From positions 1 to 24,385 of IMG/VR virus record IMGVR_UViG_3300037048_000303: a stretch of DNA of 24,385 nt. One strand, given 5' to 3'. Below the pieces are notes generated by a model, which saw only the letters and a list, made by a program, of their open reading frames with translations, had not been told where the DNA came from and made no database searches. This document shows, piece after piece, positions 23,174 through 24,385 of the stretch; within the stretch, counting starts at the first letter, position 1, and each line of letters opens with the position of its first letter. The position numbers and the translations under genes were made by a program. Source of the DNA: a virus (taxonomy: Duplodnaviria; Caudoviricetes).

Positions 23174-24385
23174 CTATTTGTATATCGAAGGAAAATGATT
23201 TATTACTCTGTCACTGCCCGACCTTTTTTTATTTTTTAGATAATTCTCAGTTGTTTTCGAACTTGTATGACCATTTTGCTCTTGCAATTCCCTAAGTGTT
23301 ATCCCTGAATCTTCTGCTCTTACATTACCTGTATGCTTCCAACTATAAAACTTATACATTTCAGGCATATTCATTTCTGTCCTAATATTAGCAAATCTAT
23401 ATCTCAGATTATTTTTACCCAAACAAACTTCTCCAGGTAATCCTTCTTTCGAAAAAACATATTTGTCTCTACCGAAAGTATGTAGATTATAATCATCTCT
23501 TAACTCCATCAGAAATTCGCGTGGTATTCCTATCTGCCTTTCAACAGTTTTTGAATTTACTCCATTTACTCTTATGGTCCCCCTCCCGAAATCAATATCT
23601 CCAATTTTCAACAACCTCAACTCTTTACCGGGCCTAATAAAACAATAGTATTCAAAACAACACGCCATCCATAATTGCGGGTCCTTTTCTTTTATGACTT
23701 TTGCAAATTTTAAAATATCTAATTGCTGAATAGGTTGCGGAGTATTATCATTAATTCTTTTCGTTTCAGGCAAATCATAACAAGGATTAAGAAACTGTTT
23801 CCTTTCTTTTCTCACATAATTAAAAACCTGCCCAAGTATCTGCCTGTACTTCGTTATTGATATTTTTGATAATTTTCTTTCCTCAATAATAAAAGTGAAA
23901 AATTTCACCATTACTCTATTATTAATTGCAGAAATATCCACCTGATTAAGATTGTTATTTTCTAACCATGCATCAAATAATCTCAATTTGCTTCTGTATG
24001 TAGAGAGAGTTGATTCTTCGAGTTTATTTTTAACCCAATCCATAAACATTGATGCAAAATACCTAAATGTCCCATTCTTTGACTTTAGATGCCTGTAATT
24101 CTTTATGTACGTCTGGAATTCCAGATTATCTTCATATACTACATTCTGGTCAGTAAGTGGGCTCCATCCAGCAAGAAGTTTATCTTTCCAATGATTTTTC
24201 ATTTTTTCAGCAGCAGCATACCTTCCTTGTGCAGTATGAAAGCTGTTAATCCCTTTTTTAACTCTTTGCCTTTGCAATATGTTAGTCTTCGGATTTCTTA
24301 CATAGAATTCAACGAACCATTCCTTTTTTAAATCTCCACCCGCATCATAAATGATTGGCAGCCTAATTAACTTGTCATTTTCCAT
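23174..24385 (-). CDS. int: Phage tyrosine integrase (403 aa)
   Basis: Arm-binding-like N-terminus (WFVEFY) and SAM-like core-binding domain (STLSTYRSK). Catalytic pattern FIRPGKEL...SKT...YSWKHT...QNGHTS...TENYL. Confidence 0.92.
   Translation of the reverse strand: MENDKLIRLPIIYDAGGDLKKEWFVEFYVRNPKTNILQRQRVKKGINSFHTAQGRYAAAEKMKNHWKDKLLAGWSPLTDQNVVYEDNLEFQTYIKNYRHLKSKNGTFRYFASMFMDWVKNKLEESTLSTYRSKLRLFDAWLENNNLNQVDISAINNRVMVKFFTFIIEERKLSKISITKYRQILGQVFNYVRKERKQFLNPCYDLPETKRINDNTPQPIQQLDILKFAKVIKEKDPQLWMACCFEYYCFIRPGKELRLLKIGDIDFGRGTIRVNGVNSKTVERQIGIPREFLMELRDDYNLHTFGRDKYVFSKEGLPGEVCLGKNNLRYRFANIRTEMNMPEMYKFYSWKHTGNVRAEDSGITLRELQEQNGHTSSKTTENYLKNKKRSGSDRVINHFPSIYK

Larger units (their letters stand above)
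1417..24385. mobile_element. Bacteroidota temperate prophage (morphogenesis, tail fibre, lysis remnant and integrase end), possibly defective
   Basis: Co-oriented, translationally coupled portal-connector-tape measure-tail-fibre-lysis genes followed by a convergent tyrosine integrase. Bacteroidota hallmarks: TAnnTTTG -7 boxes, AT-rich SD-less start contexts, signal peptide + Gln. Confidence 0.9.

Noticed and set aside
50-24331. Numerous short antisense or alternative-frame ORFs in the ORF track
   Set aside because: They are almost all nested within longer, motif-supported genes and show no recognisable domains or expression signals.

Overview
This window holds the right-hand part of a Bacteroidota temperate siphovirus-like prophage. 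It is bounded on the left by an IS66 (single-ORF, ISBst12-like) transposase and its right inverted repeat (ends at about 1416). On the right it is bounded by an inward-reading tyrosine integrase (23174-24385, minus strand). Between them, on the + strand, lie the portal, head-tail connector and chaperone-like genes, a 1220-aa tape measure protein, two tail-tip/hub genes, three cytoplasmic fibre/adaptor genes, and a three-gene fibre module. That module comprises an S74-chaperone tail fibre, a glycine-rich adhesin and a CBM5/12-like protein, all three with clear Sec signal peptides followed by Gln. A lysis-like block follows, whose probable endolysin survives only as a 19-codon stub. No terminase, capsid, tail-tube, sheath or replication gene is recognisable in the window; some may lie to the left of the IS. 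Main unexpected signals: (i) a gp37/gp38-like fibre-adhesin pair apparently routed through Sec; (ii) five exact-spaced copies of a bipartite promoter, TGTCCTTT-N20-TAnnTT(T/C)(G/A), one of which drives an ORF-less ~80-nt terminated transcript (candidate sRNA); (iii) intergenic gaps filled with nested short-repeat and palindrome mosaics; (iv) two multi-hairpin non-coding elements. All family assignments come from motif recognition by eye, not from database searches.
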